DNA of 64,000 nt, taken from positions 1-64,000 of IMG/VR virus record IMGVR_UViG_3300011724_000025. One strand, 5' to 3'. Source of the DNA: a virus (lineage: Duplodnaviria > Caudoviricetes). Below the pieces are notes generated by a model, which was not told the DNA's origin, ran no database searches, and was given only the letters and a program-made list of their open reading frames with translations. The translations under genes were made by a program, and so were the position numbers. Shown in pieces: positions 1-10,489 of this stretch; the stretch's first letter is position 1; every line of letters starts with the position of its first letter.

Positions 1-101
1 GTTACTCCTCCACATCTGGTATTATCATTTCCCATTATACAATGCCTTTTCCAGTTTTGGCAAGTTTCTGGCATTTATTTTGATAAATTCATAAAAAAGT
101 A

Positions 102-131
102 TTGAACTTTTCCAACACCCTATGCTATAAT
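102..131 (+). promoter_or_regulatory. sigma-A promoter of host tRNA-Gly
   Basis: TTGAAC (102-107), 18-bp spacer, TG-n-TATAAT (126-131), 25 nt upstream of the tRNA. Confidence 0.75.
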
Positions 132-155
132 GTAAAACGTATCGAATGAGAATAT

Positions 156-226
<71 letters not shown>

Positions 227-236
227 TTGTGTGAAT

Positions 237-281
237 GCCTTAAATTCCTTGTGCCGCAAGGGTTTGAGGCTTTTATTATTT
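237..281 (+). terminator. intrinsic terminator after the tRNA
   Basis: GCCTTAAATTCCTTG...CAAGGGTTTGAGGC stem followed by TTTTATTATTT. Confidence 0.65.
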
Positions 282-289
282 TAACAAAA

Positions 290-309
290 TGAATACACTT
301 GACTACACC
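290..309. repeat. tandem 10-bp direct repeat, putative integrase arm-type binding sites
   Basis: TGAATACACT (290-299) and TGACTACACC (300-309) between the tRNA and the integrase stop. Confidence 0.5.
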
Positions 310-318
310 TCGTTAAAA

Positions 319-1575
319 TTAAAAAGCGTTCCGAATCATGTCGAGAGTTTCGTCCTTTGGTAATGGGTTATAGATGTACCCCAATGTAGTCTGAGTGTCG
401 GTATGTCCAAGTAAGATGCGGATCTCGTCAGTTGGAACGCCATTCGCATCTAATTTACTAGCGAATGTCTTCCTTATCTTATGTGTTGACTTTTGAGTAA
501 TATTAGCTTTGCTACAAGCGCGCCTCAAAGCGTTTCCCACACAATTTGTATTCAAATGACCGCCGTCTTTAACAAATAAATAGTCACTTTTTATACATTC
601 CTGTTCATGTTTTGATATAATTTTTTCTAATATATCAATAGCTTTAGGAATTAGTGGAATATATCTACTTGTATAGGTTTTTGTGTGTTCTTCAATTCTC
701 CGCTCATATTTCATCGATCCGTCACTTTGTGGAATTCTGACACGTACCTCTTCCCGCTCAACTGATAAATAATTTCTTTCAAAACTAACATCACTCTTTT
801 TTAAAGCAACCAGTTCTCCAACACGCAACCCGCAATATAGATTAAATATTACAGCAATATATGCCTCATTATTTGTATTCTCAAACATCTCATTACAAGC
901 TGCAATTAGTTTATCTACTTCGTTTCCAACGAAAACCTGTGTTTCTGGTGGTTTCTTAGTTATTTGTTTATACTTAACCGATATTTTTATACTAGGCCAA
1001 GGGTTGCTTTTTATCAAACCACTTCTAAATGCATAGTCCCATATACCAGTTATGACAGTTTTTAGATTTTGCCACTCCTTACGGCTCAAATTGTGTGTTT
1101 TAATTATTGTGTTAGCCCATGATTCAAGTTGTATAGTGGTTAAATCATTCATGTTGTTATCACACACATCAGTTTTGATACAATACTTATTCCAATGATT
1201 TATATGTCTTTGAATTGTATTTTCTGAATTGGTGATTGATCTTTTAAATAGCAGCCACTTTTCAAACACGCTATTCATTGTAACAACACTTCCGTCATCA
1301 ATTATCTTGTAGTAATGAGCTAGCTTCCTTAATAACTCATTTTCTGTTTGAGCTTTTAACAATCTGCGGTTATTTGATTTGGTTTCATCGGTTACGTAGG
1401 TTTGCCATCTACCGTCCTTTGAAATACTAGATGGCGGTGTAATAGTATAATTATGGATTTCTTTAACTTTATCAATCATTTTCATATTTACATTCTGTAA
1501 TACTTCATCCAAGTTAATCATACCATTACTCAGAGCATATTTCAATAATTCCTCTTGAGTCAAATAATGCTTCAC
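319..1575 (-). CDS. int: prophage tyrosine integrase
   Basis: GLRVGE, HKIRKT, LGH...TLGY catalytic motifs plus N-terminal and core-binding domains; 418 aa. Confidence 0.95.
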   Translation of the reverse strand: MKHYLTQEELLKYALSNGMINLDEVLQNVNMKMIDKVKEIHNYTITPPSSISKDGRWQTYVTDETKSNNRRLLKAQTENELLRKLAHYYKIIDDGSVVTMNSVFEKWLLFKRSITNSENTIQRHINHWNKYCIKTDVCDNNMNDLTTIQLESWANTIIKTHNLSRKEWQNLKTVITGIWDYAFRSGLIKSNPWPSIKISVKYKQITKKPPETQVFVGNEVDKLIAACNEMFENTNNEAYIAVIFNLYCGLRVGELVALKKSDVSFERNYLSVEREEVRVRIPQSDGSMKYERRIEEHTKTYTSRYIPLIPKAIDILEKIISKHEQECIKSDYLFVKDGGHLNTNCVGNALRRACSKANITQKSTHKIRKTFASKLDANGVPTDEIRILLGHTDTQTTLGYIYNPLPKDETLDMIRNAF

Positions 1576-1591
1576 CCCTTAATTTATGTAA

Positions 1592-1618
1592 ATCGCTGCC
1601 TTATTTAGAGACAGCGAT
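1592..1618. terminator. hairpin between hydrolase and integrase
   Basis: ATCGCTGCC...GACAGCGAT inverted repeat with A/T flanks. Confidence 0.55.
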
Positions 1619-1625
1619 AATATTA

Positions 1626-2294
1626 TTAATAGCAATACTGATGCCATTTAGTCTTTAAGTACACACCATGCCCCTGTTTGCCCTTTGACTGATAAACTAC
1701 ATATCCCGGAAGTATGCTCCCGTTTTCAAGCAACCATTTTGCATTTGTCCAATTACTTTTCGTTGGTTCTCTATAATAATTGCCATCGGCCACACTAGAA
1801 TATTGTTTCTTCTGGAATACGACTCCTTTAATTGTACTTGGAAAGCCAGCTTTGGCAACACGATTCAAAACAACAGATCCCACGTATTTTTGCTCAGCAT
1901 CATCACAGAATTGTGCTTCACCGGATAGTACATGTGCCATTATGTATAAATCTTCAGTGGTATATTTTATTTCATCATCGTTTAGAAACTCTGATTTTAT
2001 ATATGCATACCCGTCTTCAGTGGTTATCATACTCCAACCACCGATATCCAGTACTACTTCAAATGTTGTGTTTAAGAGTGTGCGTCCTAAGATTCTAGAA
2101 CTTGTATTCGGCTCTTCTCTAATGTTTACTCCTGCTTGATTAGCATATTTCAGTGTAAAATCTGTAGTATATGGTAATTCTTTTTCAAACTGTGCCGTTG
2201 TTACGGTTTCTTCTATATTATTCGCCCATGTTGCCATGGGCATCGTAAAGGCGAGACAGAATGATGTCATGCCTACTGTTATCAATTTTCTCAT
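1626..2294 (-). CDS. secreted SH3b + SleB/CwlJ-type (Hydrolase_2) cell-wall hydrolase
   Basis: Signal-like N terminus; VNIREEPN...GWSMI...YIKSEF (SH3b); MAHVLSGEA, VVLNRV, FPSTIKGVVFQKKQYS. Confidence 0.85.
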   Translation of the reverse strand: MRKLITVGMTSFCLAFTMPMATWANNIEETVTTAQFEKELPYTTDFTLKYANQAGVNIREEPNTSSRILGRTLLNTTFEVVLDIGGWSMITTEDGYAYIKSEFLNDDEIKYTTEDLYIMAHVLSGEAQFCDDAEQKYVGSVVLNRVAKAGFPSTIKGVVFQKKQYSSVADGNYYREPTKSNWTNAKWLLENGSILPGYVVYQSKGKQGHGVYLKTKWHQYCY

Positions 2295-2383
2295 TACAAT
2301 CCTCCAAATTTTTGATTTGAAGGATACCGGTATCCTTGTCTATCTATGTAAACTGTGTCTGCGCAAACACAGAGTAATTGTAT

Positions 2384-2815
2384 TTAGTTAATTCCTGTAG
2401 ATCCATGACCTCCACGGTCTTTGTTGTCTAGTACTTCTACTTCTTCAAAATTAATACTTGGCTGGTGTTTCACAATGCGGAATTGACAAATACGATCATT
2501 AAAATTGATCTTTGTGTCTCTCAGTGCATAAGCAGGAAAGAACCAAAAATCATTATCTCCACAATATGATTCATCAATTACTCCCATGCTGTTTGTCTGA
2601 ATAATTCCGTAATTCTTAAATGTACTACTTCTCGGAACCACATGTGCTTCATATCCGTCTGGTAACTGCATTGCAACTCCCAATGGAATTAACCTAAATT
2701 CTCCCGCCTTCATTTCAATATCTTCGTTACATCGTAGGTCGATCCAGTCGCCAAAATTAATCTTTTTAATTCTTTCTAATAATTGGCTAGAATACTTAAT
2801 TCTGATTTTCTGCAA
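2384..2815 (-). CDS. dut: trimeric dUTPase
   Basis: [29 protein letters not shown] motifs. Confidence 0.93.
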   Translation of the reverse strand: MQKIRIKYSSQLLERIKKINFGDWIDLRCNEDIEMKAGEFRLIPLGVAMQLPDGYEAHVVPRSSTFKNYGIIQTNSMGVIDESYCGDNDFWFFPAYALRDTKINFNDRICQFRIVKHQPSINFEEVEVLDNKDRGGHGSTGIN

Positions 2816-2863
2816 ATTTGTTTCTCCTTTTATTTAATCGCTTCTTCAATAAATCTCCTACCT

Positions 2864-2965
2864 TTATTCATCATCAGTATCCCAATTTCTAGAACTAGCT
2901 ACACACAAAGATGTTAAAATAAGTCCTATAAATGCGCCGACAAATATTCCTGCTATAAACCACAT
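2864..2965 (-). CDS. 33-aa single-TM phage peptide (absent from ORF track)
   Basis: MWFIAGIFVGAFIGLILTSLCVASSRNWDTDDE preceded by AAAGGAG. Confidence 0.6.
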   Translation of the reverse strand: MWFIAGIFVGAFIGLILTSLCVASSRNWDTDDE

Positions 2966-2985
2966 AATGCCACTCCTTTCGTTAA

Positions 2986-3471
2986 CTACTTATTCCAGAA
3001 CAGATATGTTTTATCATCAAATGTAAACTGGTGCTCTGTATTAGTTTTAATTTGATAAAATCTTTGGTTTGTGTCTTTACTGTTAAGACCACCAAGCTCA
3101 CTAACATATTCTCCAACTTTCAGATAATCAAGTAAGCTGAGTAAATCATCAAAAATTGATATGTCATTAGAACCACTATAAACACATGTCTTGAACCCTA
3201 ATGATTTACACTTTATAAGCAATAGCTTAAGTTCAGCTAAATTTTGGTCACCGCCCATAAAGCAAACACAAGTGACCAATCCTTTATATTGCATAAGTAT
3301 TTGTTCAATCTCTTCCGATATATATTCTCCTGTATATTCCCATAAATACTGACTGTGGCAACCCCTACATTTATAGGGGCAACCACTAATGTTAAATATT
3401 AATGATGTCTCATTTGGAACTTCTTGAAATGTCACAGCGTATCCAGTATATTTAAGAGGTAATGTTTCCAT
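2986..3471 (-). CDS. nrdG: anaerobic ribonucleotide reductase activase (radical SAM)
   Basis: CPYKCRGC cluster motif, MGGD, LKVGEY, NQR; follows nrdD. Confidence 0.92.
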   Translation of the reverse strand: METLPLKYTGYAVTFQEVPNETSLIFNISGCPYKCRGCHSQYLWEYTGEYISEEIEQILMQYKGLVTCVCFMGGDQNLAELKLLLIKCKSLGFKTCVYSGSNDISIFDDLLSLLDYLKVGEYVSELGGLNSKDTNQRFYQIKTNTEHQFTFDDKTYLFWNK

Positions 3472-3910
3472 AGAATCTCTTCCCTGCTTCCTTAATTCTT
3501 TCTGACGAGAATTTTGAAACTCGTTTTAAATATCCTATAATTCTTGTAATCCAGTCGACATTTTCACTACCGCATTTTTGACACTTTTTCGTATAGTGTT
3601 TACTTATATATCCACAATCATTGCAGATGGTATTTGGGATATTGAAAGTGAAGTACGAGCAACCTGTTTTAATTGCCACCATTAGTAGATTAGTATACTG
3701 ATCTTTTGATAGATGCTCATCAAGATTGCAATGAAGAGCAGAACCTCCATCTAAATACTTTGTTAGCTTTTTCCCGTGTAAGATAAACTTATCTATGACA
3801 TTACAGGATTCGTCCTCAACTTTATAAAAATAGCTGTTATAACAATCTCTGGGGGAGAAATACCCGTCTTCTTTATCCCACTTTGCGTTCTTCACTCCTA
3901 AATTCTCAGC
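3452..3910 (-). CDS. nrdD: NrdD 3' exon
   Basis: Begins GCT GAG AAT TTA GGA GTG (AENLGV); CxxC...CxxC zinc site and TRIIGYL glycyl-radical motif. Confidence 0.9.
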   Translation of the reverse strand, partial: AENLGVKNAKWDKEDGYFSPRDCYNSYFYKVEDESCNVIDKFILHGKKLTKYLDGGSALHCNLDEHLSKDQYTNLLMVAIKTGCSYFTFNIPNTICNDCGYISKHYTKKCQKCGSENVDWITRIIGYLKRVSKFSSERIKEAGKRFYGNITS

Positions 3911-4816
3911 CTCTCTGTTACTTTTATGACCTATAAAAATTAATCAAACAATTCTTTCTCTTTTATTTTTCTATTTAATAATGCTTCTTCCATTGTATCG
4001 TATGTGCCAATATAATGTGTTTTACCATTCTTGACTATTGTAGATCTATATCTTCCGGATTTTACTTTATATATTCCATTATCATAGTTGTGCTGATTAG
4101 TTAAGTTTTTACTGTGAGAACAAATACATAAATTAGATTTTCTATTATTTAATCCGTTGTGGTCAAGATGATCGATATCGTCGCTTCCATCGTAGTCAAG
4201 CAACAATCTGTGAATAAACAATGGTTTTCCACCATTTAATGTTGTTATTGCGTAGTTTGTATTTCTGCTTTTCCTTATGTGCCATTTATACTTTTTGCAA
4301 TTACTAACATCTTGTATGTCTATAAAACATGTTCCAGCAAACTCCCCATATTTATTCAACAAGATTATCTCAGCATGATCAGAATGTAAGATATATTCAT
4401 TTTTGTCATATATTGTTTTGTCTAAAAACTTACCATGTCTCATATATTGACTAATGTGTTTCCTACAAAGTACCATACCTTTGTATCCTTTAACGTCAAA
4501 ATGATCACTGTCTCTTCCACATATTTCACAGCATCTTATAACATGTACCTCTTATTGTTTGTTTTTATAGGCGGTCGAGATTCTTCCGAAAGTGTCTTTA
4601 CACTTGATCTCGACTCTCCAATTTCATTTTTAGATTATATTTGGAGTCCAGACTATCGCATCCTCATATATAATATTCCTATGAGGTTTCCTTATTTAGT
4701 CGTTCAGGCTGTATTTAAACTTGCCCCCTGTTATCCATCTCTGGAACTTCAAGTCAATTAAAGGAAATTTTGTATTGATGGATTATGGATTATTCCATCA
4801 TATCCCCACTCATTTT
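3911..4816 (-). mobile_element. group I intron (906 nt) in nrdD with homing endonuclease
   Basis: 5' exon ends in U (ATC CCT); P1 TATCCCT/GGGGATA with U-G pair; intron ends in G; P7 GACTA/TAGTC (4697-4701, 4651-4655); P3 TTTCCTT/AAGGAAA; splicing restores NTEFIP-AENLG. Confidence 0.92.
3940..4539 (-). CDS. intron-encoded HNH homing endonuclease with AP2-like C terminus (probable ATA start at 4539; track starts at 4476)
   Basis: HRLL...IDHLDHNGLNNRKSNL...N HNH motif; GRYRSTI...YIGTYDTMEEA AP2-like tail; upstream in-frame CxxC (RCCEICG) follows SD GAGGT. Confidence 0.88.
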   Translation of the reverse strand: MRCCEICGRDSDHFDVKGYKGMVLCRKHISQYMRHGKFLDKTIYDKNEYILHSDHAEIILLNKYGEFAGTCFIDIQDVSNCKKYKWHIRKSRNTNYAITTLNGGKPLFIHRLLLDYDGSDDIDHLDHNGLNNRKSNLCICSHSKNLTNQHNYDNGIYKVKSGRYRSTIVKNGKTHYIGTYDTMEEALLNRKIKEKELFD

Positions 4817-6205
4817 AGGGATAAACTCTGTGTTAAACATTAGTTTAGATGTTCTCGCCTTTTTATTTTCTTCATAAATGGGCTTCAAAATCTTTTCGCC
4901 GTATTCAAAGTACTTTTCGTTTGGAGATATCTCAATACCAAGAAATTCAGCGGACTCCACAAATCCGTTTATACCAATTGTTAAGAATTGCTTTTCTAAT
5001 GAAATATATCCAGAGTCATAAACAGGAAGTAGTTTTGCTTCAAAGTTATCTTTTACAATTTCATTGTATGCTGTCAGATAGTGGTGCATTTTGAGTGTTT
5101 GTTCTCTAATCATCTCTGTAATGTCTTTTCCTTCTCGTGTTGCAATCTGGACAAGACGGTTGATGTTCATCGTCATCACACCCTTTGATCCAGTGGCAAC
5201 ACCACCCGCTCCAAGAGTATAAGAAAATGTGTTGTCTTGAATTTCATTTCTTAACCGGCAGCATGACGCCAACGAATCCACACTATTACTTGTATACGTA
5301 AAGAAGGAGTGTCCTTCAGTGTACATTTCCGCCGTAAAATCCTTGTATTCCCTATCAACATAATCATTTCCATCGTTTAGCAGGTTCATAGTTTCTACTG
5401 GAAATGTTAAAACCGTTTTAGTTCTTTCGTGATTAAACCATTTCATAAATCGCTTTTGTAACCAACTAACACTCTCCCACGTAGGCACCGTACCATCAGG
5501 AAAAACAAAGTTGTTGAATATTCCATTGAAATATTCATTATCAAAATAAGCAATGTTCCAGAAAACACTTTGAAAATTCCTTGCAGCTGCCGGCTGATTT
5601 AATGAATAAACCACCTGTTCAAAGCTATCAGTGATGATTTTATCGATGGTGCGATGCTTGTTTGACAGATCTACCACTTTAGTAGAATTCTGATAATAGT
5701 CATCTCCATATTCCATGCGAATAAAGTAATCTAAATATGTGAGATATTCAGGTGTTGATACTGCTCCTGCAAACTGTGAGGCAATAGCAAATACTAAATT
5801 GATAAATGCTCCGTTAAAAGCCTGTAGATTCGTTGGGGCTTCCGACATACCCCCTATTGAACGCAGACCGTGAAACAGAAAAGGATACATAGTAATTGAA
5901 ACACAGTATGGCATAATACTTGTTTCATCATTTTTATACATCTCATGGTTGTCCAATTGACGAATATATTCTTCTGCCCATAATTCACCATACATCTCTG
6001 TAAGCTTATCAATCATTAAAAGTCGATTAGTACCTATCATATCTTTTTTAGGAAGCTCTCCTGTGCAGGTAGTAACATTCTTATTCTCCACATTTGCGTT
6101 AGAATCAACTTCGCTACCACTTGCTGCGTTAATCGCTCCTTTGTATTTATTAATAAAATTTACATACCGCCTGTATTTCTCGTATTTCTTTGTTATATTT
6201 GTCAA
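4817..6205 (-). CDS. nrdD: NrdD 5' exon (class III ribonucleotide reductase, no ATP cone)
   Basis: PYC, TFPV, LASCCRL, TIGING motifs; ends at NTEFIP. Confidence 0.92.
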
Positions 6206-6222
6206 ATCAAGTCCTCCAGTTT

Positions 6223-6426
6223 TTATAATGTTTTAATCCATTTTATAGCTTCTTTTGCGTTCATGATTTTTTCATCTACTTCTAACATCGGAGCACTTTT
6301 AAATCCTTTGGTAGACATAATATTCAAATCATCGATAATTTCAAATTCAACACCCTTTTGCAACAGTGTAAGTTTTACCATATTGCAGACAGGACAATGT
6401 TCCGTTGTATAAAGTGTAATTTGCAA
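6223..6426 (-). CDS. glutaredoxin/NrdH-like protein
   Basis: CPVC active site, SAP motif, directly upstream of nrdD. Confidence 0.8.
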   Translation of the reverse strand: MQITLYTTEHCPVCNMVKLTLLQKGVEFEIIDDLNIMSTKGFKSAPMLEVDEKIMNAKEAIKWIKTL

Positions 6427-6450
6427 TTAATATTCACCTCCTTAGTATTT

Positions 6451-6885
6451 TTATCCTAACAGCATTACAAATGCCAACGGGTAATATATGTAATCCAGTA
6501 CTACATTGAATAAAAAATACCATCTGTAGAACGGAAAATCATCTATGTATAGACTTATCGGACTAATGTTTCTTTGTAATCGCAAAGTTATTACTACTGT
6601 ACAAATTTGAATAAATGATAAAAAGTTGATTAATGGTAAATCGAGAGAAATACAAACTATAGCATAAATAAAAATTGTAAAACCAGAATATAGATATGGT
6701 GCAACCTTAGCGATCTTCTCAACGCAAACCATTTTTTCATATGGCAACTCATTAAGAAATTTCTCGTTATTTTTTATGATACCCCTTACCTTTTCATAGT
6801 ACCGATGTTCACTTAACATAGAAGGTGTTTCTTTAATCCTAGATATAAGTAGCATCACTATGCAAACTAATAAAACAGATGTCAT
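6451..6885 (-). CDS. hypothetical membrane protein
   Basis: 144 aa with several hydrophobic segments, SD present. Confidence 0.6.
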   Translation of the reverse strand: MTSVLLVCIVMLLISRIKETPSMLSEHRYYEKVRGIIKNNEKFLNELPYEKMVCVEKIAKVAPYLYSGFTIFIYAIVCISLDLPLINFLSFIQICTVVITLRLQRNISPISLYIDDFPFYRWYFLFNVVLDYIYYPLAFVMLLG

Positions 6886-7052
6886 TTAAGTCTCCTCTTC
6901 AATTTCTCTTTTTAGCTTCTTTCTTGCAATTTTCCTAAATAGTCTTTTCGCTTTACCTCTCCAATTTGGTTTATACAATTGGGGGCAATCTAAATCCCAC
7001 GCTGTCATATTTGATTGACTTTTGTTTTTAAATTCATCTTTTCTCATATGAA

Positions 7053-7517
7053 TTATTCTCCATAATATTTTTCTATGTACTCCAAAGCATCTAACCTTGC
7101 GTCGTACCCTGTTTCTATCCTATTACAACACTCAATAACAAACGGGTGACATACTTTCTTTAAATCTAGTGGTAATGTACCCCCACCTATCTCAATCTCA
7201 TCATCTTCCAGGAATCCGATAATTGGTTTTCTTGCTTTCCATGCCCAAGCAATTTCCATAATGCTTCCTACCGATTGCCTTATACTCTGAAGATTCACTA
7301 ATATTACATCAGCCTTTTCAACCCTGTTATCGCAAAAGTCACGAATTTCAGAATCAGACTTATGCAACTGCTCACGGTAATTAAAATAACGATTTGGATT
7401 CCAAGCTCTAAAACACTCAGAATTATTCTCAAACCATTCAACACAACGCTCCCTCCACCAGTTTCCATCTTCGTAACTGACCTTTTCAGACGCTCCACAC
7501 AGCCAAACATGTTTCAT
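7053..7517 (-). CDS. nucleoside 2-deoxyribosyltransferase-like protein
   Basis: VWLCGA, WRE, ADVILVNL, SVGSIMEIAWA, KPIIG; SD AGGAG before MKHV. Confidence 0.75.
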   Translation of the reverse strand: MKHVWLCGASEKVSYEDGNWWRERCVEWFENNSECFRAWNPNRYFNYREQLHKSDSEIRDFCDNRVEKADVILVNLQSIRQSVGSIMEIAWAWKARKPIIGFLEDDEIEIGGGTLPLDLKKVCHPFVIECCNRIETGYDARLDALEYIEKYYGE

Positions 7518-7527
7518 TTCACTCCTC

Positions 7528-7740
7528 CTAAAATTCCCAAAAATGCTGCAAACTTCTCTCACTTGAATACGGAATCTTTTCCTTTACAAAATCATGACCA
7601 ATTGTAGTGTCAAAATACACCGACAACTCGCAATTATGTTTCTTCTGCTCAACAATAACCTCATAGATATGTCCATTTATAAAACCCATAGGGTTATCTT
7701 TGCCTTTATATGTAGCAAGGCAATTCTGATCAAATACCAT
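7528..7740 (-). CDS. hypothetical phage protein
   Basis: ORF with SD, co-oriented. Confidence 0.6.
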   Translation of the reverse strand: MVFDQNCLATYKGKDNPMGFINGHIYEVIVEQKKHNCELSVYFDTTIGHDFVKEKIPYSSERSLQHFWEF

Positions 7741-7754
7741 ATTTCTTCTCCTTT

Positions 7755-7982
7755 CTAATAACCCCTCATTTCACGAATTTTCAACTCTTCTTCTGTCTCT
7801 AAAAGTTGAATCCATTTTCTCGCATCTTTCGCAAAACCTTTCGCTCTACTCATGGCACTAATCCTATAACAACTATAGTCAGAAGAATAGTCGTATTGAT
7901 CAAGTATCACATTGACTTCTGAGATTAATAATTCAAGTTTTTCTTTGTCTTCCTTTAACACTGGAACTTCTCCGTTGAACAA
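7755..7982 (-). CDS. hypothetical phage protein
   Basis: ORF with SD, co-oriented. Confidence 0.6.
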   Translation of the reverse strand: MFNGEVPVLKEDKEKLELLISEVNVILDQYDYSSDYSCYRISAMSRAKGFAKDARKWIQLLETEEELKIREMRGY

Positions 7983-8032
7983 TAAAACCCTCCTTCATAT
8001 AATTTTTCCGATAAAAACCATCATTCATCTCC

Positions 8033-8476
8033 TTAATCTTGATATGCAATTGCTTCTAACTGCTCGTTGAGTTCTTCAATCTCAAACTCAAGATACTGTT
8101 TTGCCTTACCTAAATCTTCAATCGTAGATTTCAGCACATCACCTTTTAAATCTTTTTTACCGGCTCTGCTTATGTATTTTGCAACGTTACCAAGATTAAA
8201 ATTTAATCCCCATGCTTTTATAACCTTTCTGGCTTCATATGGATTATTTTTCCCTCCATAATGGGACGGGTGGTTTACCTGCTCTTTTTCTGTCAATGTT
8301 TTAATAACCTCTTTCATATACTTACTTTCCATGTTAATATTTTTATCTGGATATTCAGTGCATTCATGACCGATATTATCAATCACAAATGGCTCTTTAA
8401 CACCTGTACAAACATACTCTTCTGGTTTAGATTTAAAGAATCCTTTCTTGCAAGCGTCACAATCCACACAATTCAC
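8033..8476 (-). CDS. DUF3310-family protein with Cys-rich N terminus
   Basis: VNHPSHY, GNVAKYISRAGKK, EDLGKAKQYL. Confidence 0.85.
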   Translation of the reverse strand: MNCVDCDACKKGFFKSKPEEYVCTGVKEPFVIDNIGHECTEYPDKNINMESKYMKEVIKTLTEKEQVNHPSHYGGKNNPYEARKVIKAWGLNFNLGNVAKYISRAGKKDLKGDVLKSTIEDLGKAKQYLEFEIEELNEQLEAIAYQD

Positions 8477-9058
8477 TTACTCGCCTCCCAATACTAATTC
8501 TCCAAACATCGGTAAAGTTTCAACCCATTTACAGAACTCTCGCCACTCAGGAAGCCTGTGATTTCTTCTCTGAATTAAAATTGTTTTTAGTTGCCGATAA
8601 TTTGTTGTGAACCCGGCAGTCAGCTCAAAACCAGACGGTATATTGTATAAAATTTTCAAATATAAGTCCTTTGCAAATTCAGTGCTCTTGTCCTCCAATC
8701 CGTTATAAACATCAATCATTTCTTGAACTACATTAATAATTCGCTCATCCACATATTCATTGCACTGCTCTTTCAGATTAAATTTTGTAATTCTGTGCAT
8801 GGTGGACTGACTCGAAATAAAATCAATGAAGTGATATCTCTGCATTTCCGTAAGGAATTTATTGCTCACCCGTAAATCAAACTGAACAACTATCCCATTT
8901 AGGAAATTATCGTGGGCGGCTCCAATATTACTTGCTCCAAGTTTCTTAACAGTATTCGTCACTTCTTTTGTACAGTCTTCTAAGTTTACTGCCATAGGAA
9001 ACTTACTAACCCTGATAGCATTATCAAGTCCATACACATTCACATTGCTAATTTGCAT
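8477..9058 (-). CDS. divergent ThyX-like FAD-dependent thymidylate synthase
   Basis: EMQRYH, SSQSTMH, TNYRQLKTI..QRRNHRLPEWREFC resemble phage ThyX-like proteins. Confidence 0.65.
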   Translation of the reverse strand: MQISNVNVYGLDNAIRVSKFPMAVNLEDCTKEVTNTVKKLGASNIGAAHDNFLNGIVVQFDLRVSNKFLTEMQRYHFIDFISSQSTMHRITKFNLKEQCNEYVDERIINVVQEMIDVYNGLEDKSTEFAKDLYLKILYNIPSGFELTAGFTTNYRQLKTILIQRRNHRLPEWREFCKWVETLPMFGELVLGGE

Positions 9059-9069
9059 TCACTATCCTC

Positions 9070-9270
9070 CTACCTGTAATATTTCAGTTCTCCATTTTCG
9101 TCATAACTTTCCACATTTAAGACGACGGTATCACCATCTCTCAAAAACACATTCTCAATTTTTCTGTCATTTCTGTATGTTTCTGATCCCATTTTGCCAG
9201 CACAAACCAAAGCCCTGGGATATTTGAGTAATTCCATTGCTAAATCTTCAGCATAAATAATTCCTTTAAT
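9070..9270 (-). CDS. hypothetical protein with ATT start (absent from ORF track)
   Basis: GGAGG-7 nt-ATT AAA GGA..., open for 66 codons. Confidence 0.5.
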   Translation of the reverse strand: MKGIIYAEDLAMELLKYPRALVCAGKMGSETYRNDRKIENVFLRDGDTVVLNVESYDENGELKYYR

Positions 9271-9343
9271 CGCTTTTGCCTCCTATATTTAATTGTAAAA
9301 TTGTTGGGATTTTTGTTGATGTGTTTGGTTTAAAACAATGCTT

Positions 9344-10489
9344 TCATTGCCCCACTAATAAATTCGCTCTATGTTCCATGACCTTGCTTTGTAGAAGTGA
9401 TGGCTGTACCGGAAGATCAATTGAGAACTTTTCCAACAAATCCTCACCATATCCTAGTAATTTCAAACACTCTAAAGCTTGACCTCTATCAAAATATTCA
9501 AGTTCTTCTTGGATATCAAATCTACCATGTCGTATTAAAGCAGAATCAATCCTGTCTTTATAATTTGTTGTTGCAACATAGATAGTATTCTCAGTAGAAT
9601 AGATTCCGTCTAAGAGTTGAAATATCGCATTTTGATTTACATCTTTCTGCTTTTTCTGTGCAACATCAAGTTCCATACCTTCTATTTCTTCTCTACTTTT
9701 AAAGAACATATCAAAATCTTCTATCAATACAATAATTGTGCCATCATATTTCTTTCTCATTTTTAGAATTCCATTTATCGAATTCATGATATTTTGAGGA
9801 TCAATAGTCAAAATAGGTGCATTAGAAAATTTTGTGCTTATAGCTTTTGCAATAGTTGACTTACCGGTTCCTGGCTTACCATAAAGAAGAACACCGATCT
9901 TGTGAACTAGCTGATGATTCTTATACCAGCCTTTGCTTGATTCCCAATTGTCAAGACCATTGATTATTCTCTTTTTTACAGATGAATCCAATACTATATT
10001 GTCAAAAGAGTGTGGAATAATATCACAACTCATTTCTTGTTCATTTAAGTATTGAACTCTGATGTGATTATCGTCTGTAATCTTTAAAGCGTTGTTTAAG
10101 AATCGTTCTCTTATTGCGTACCTTTCCTTTCCATAGAAAATGATTTTTATTCTATTTTCAGGATAGTACGACTTATCTTTCATATTTTTATAGGTTTCTA
10201 CTTTAATGAAGTTATTCTTTTTGACTTTGATGAAATATGCTGTATCGCCGCACAATTCATAATAATCTTTGTTGGTTGTAGGGATACGGTTTTTAGTGTA
10301 TGTATCAGGATTCAGTTTGTAAATTAATTTGTTAATATTATTATACGATCTGTCCCATTCTCCAATATCAATCACCGAACTTTTAAGCCCCTTGATTATC
10401 TTTGCAACACCTGTTATAGCTGACACGCCAACAGAAATCGCTATTCCAGACAATATTTGTTTGACGTATGAATTTTCTTTATCTGCCAT
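9344..10489 (-). CDS. BCS1-like AAA+ ATPase with N-terminal TM segment
   Basis: GKPGTGKS Walker A, IEDFD Walker B, TTNY..RIDSALIRHGRFD. Confidence 0.85.
   Translation of the reverse strand: MADKENSYVKQILSGIAISVGVSAITGVAKIIKGLKSSVIDIGEWDRSYNNINKLIYKLNPDTYTKNRIPTTNKDYYELCGDTAYFIKVKKNNFIKVETYKNMKDKSYYPENRIKIIFYGKERYAIRERFLNNALKITDDNHIRVQYLNEQEMSCDIIPHSFDNIVLDSSVKKRIINGLDNWESSKGWYKNHQLVHKIGVLLYGKPGTGKSTIAKAISTKFSNAPILTIDPQNIMNSINGILKMRKKYDGTIIVLIEDFDMFFKSREEIEGMELDVAQKKQKDVNQNAIFQLLDGIYSTENTIYVATTNYKDRIDSALIRHGRFDIQEELEYFDRGQALECLKLLGYGEDLLEKFSIDLPVQPSLLQSKVMEHRANLLVGQ

Noticed and set aside
3452-6205. nrdD as a broken pseudogene or two-subunit enzyme
   Set aside because: Precise group I splice sites restore a continuous reading frame.
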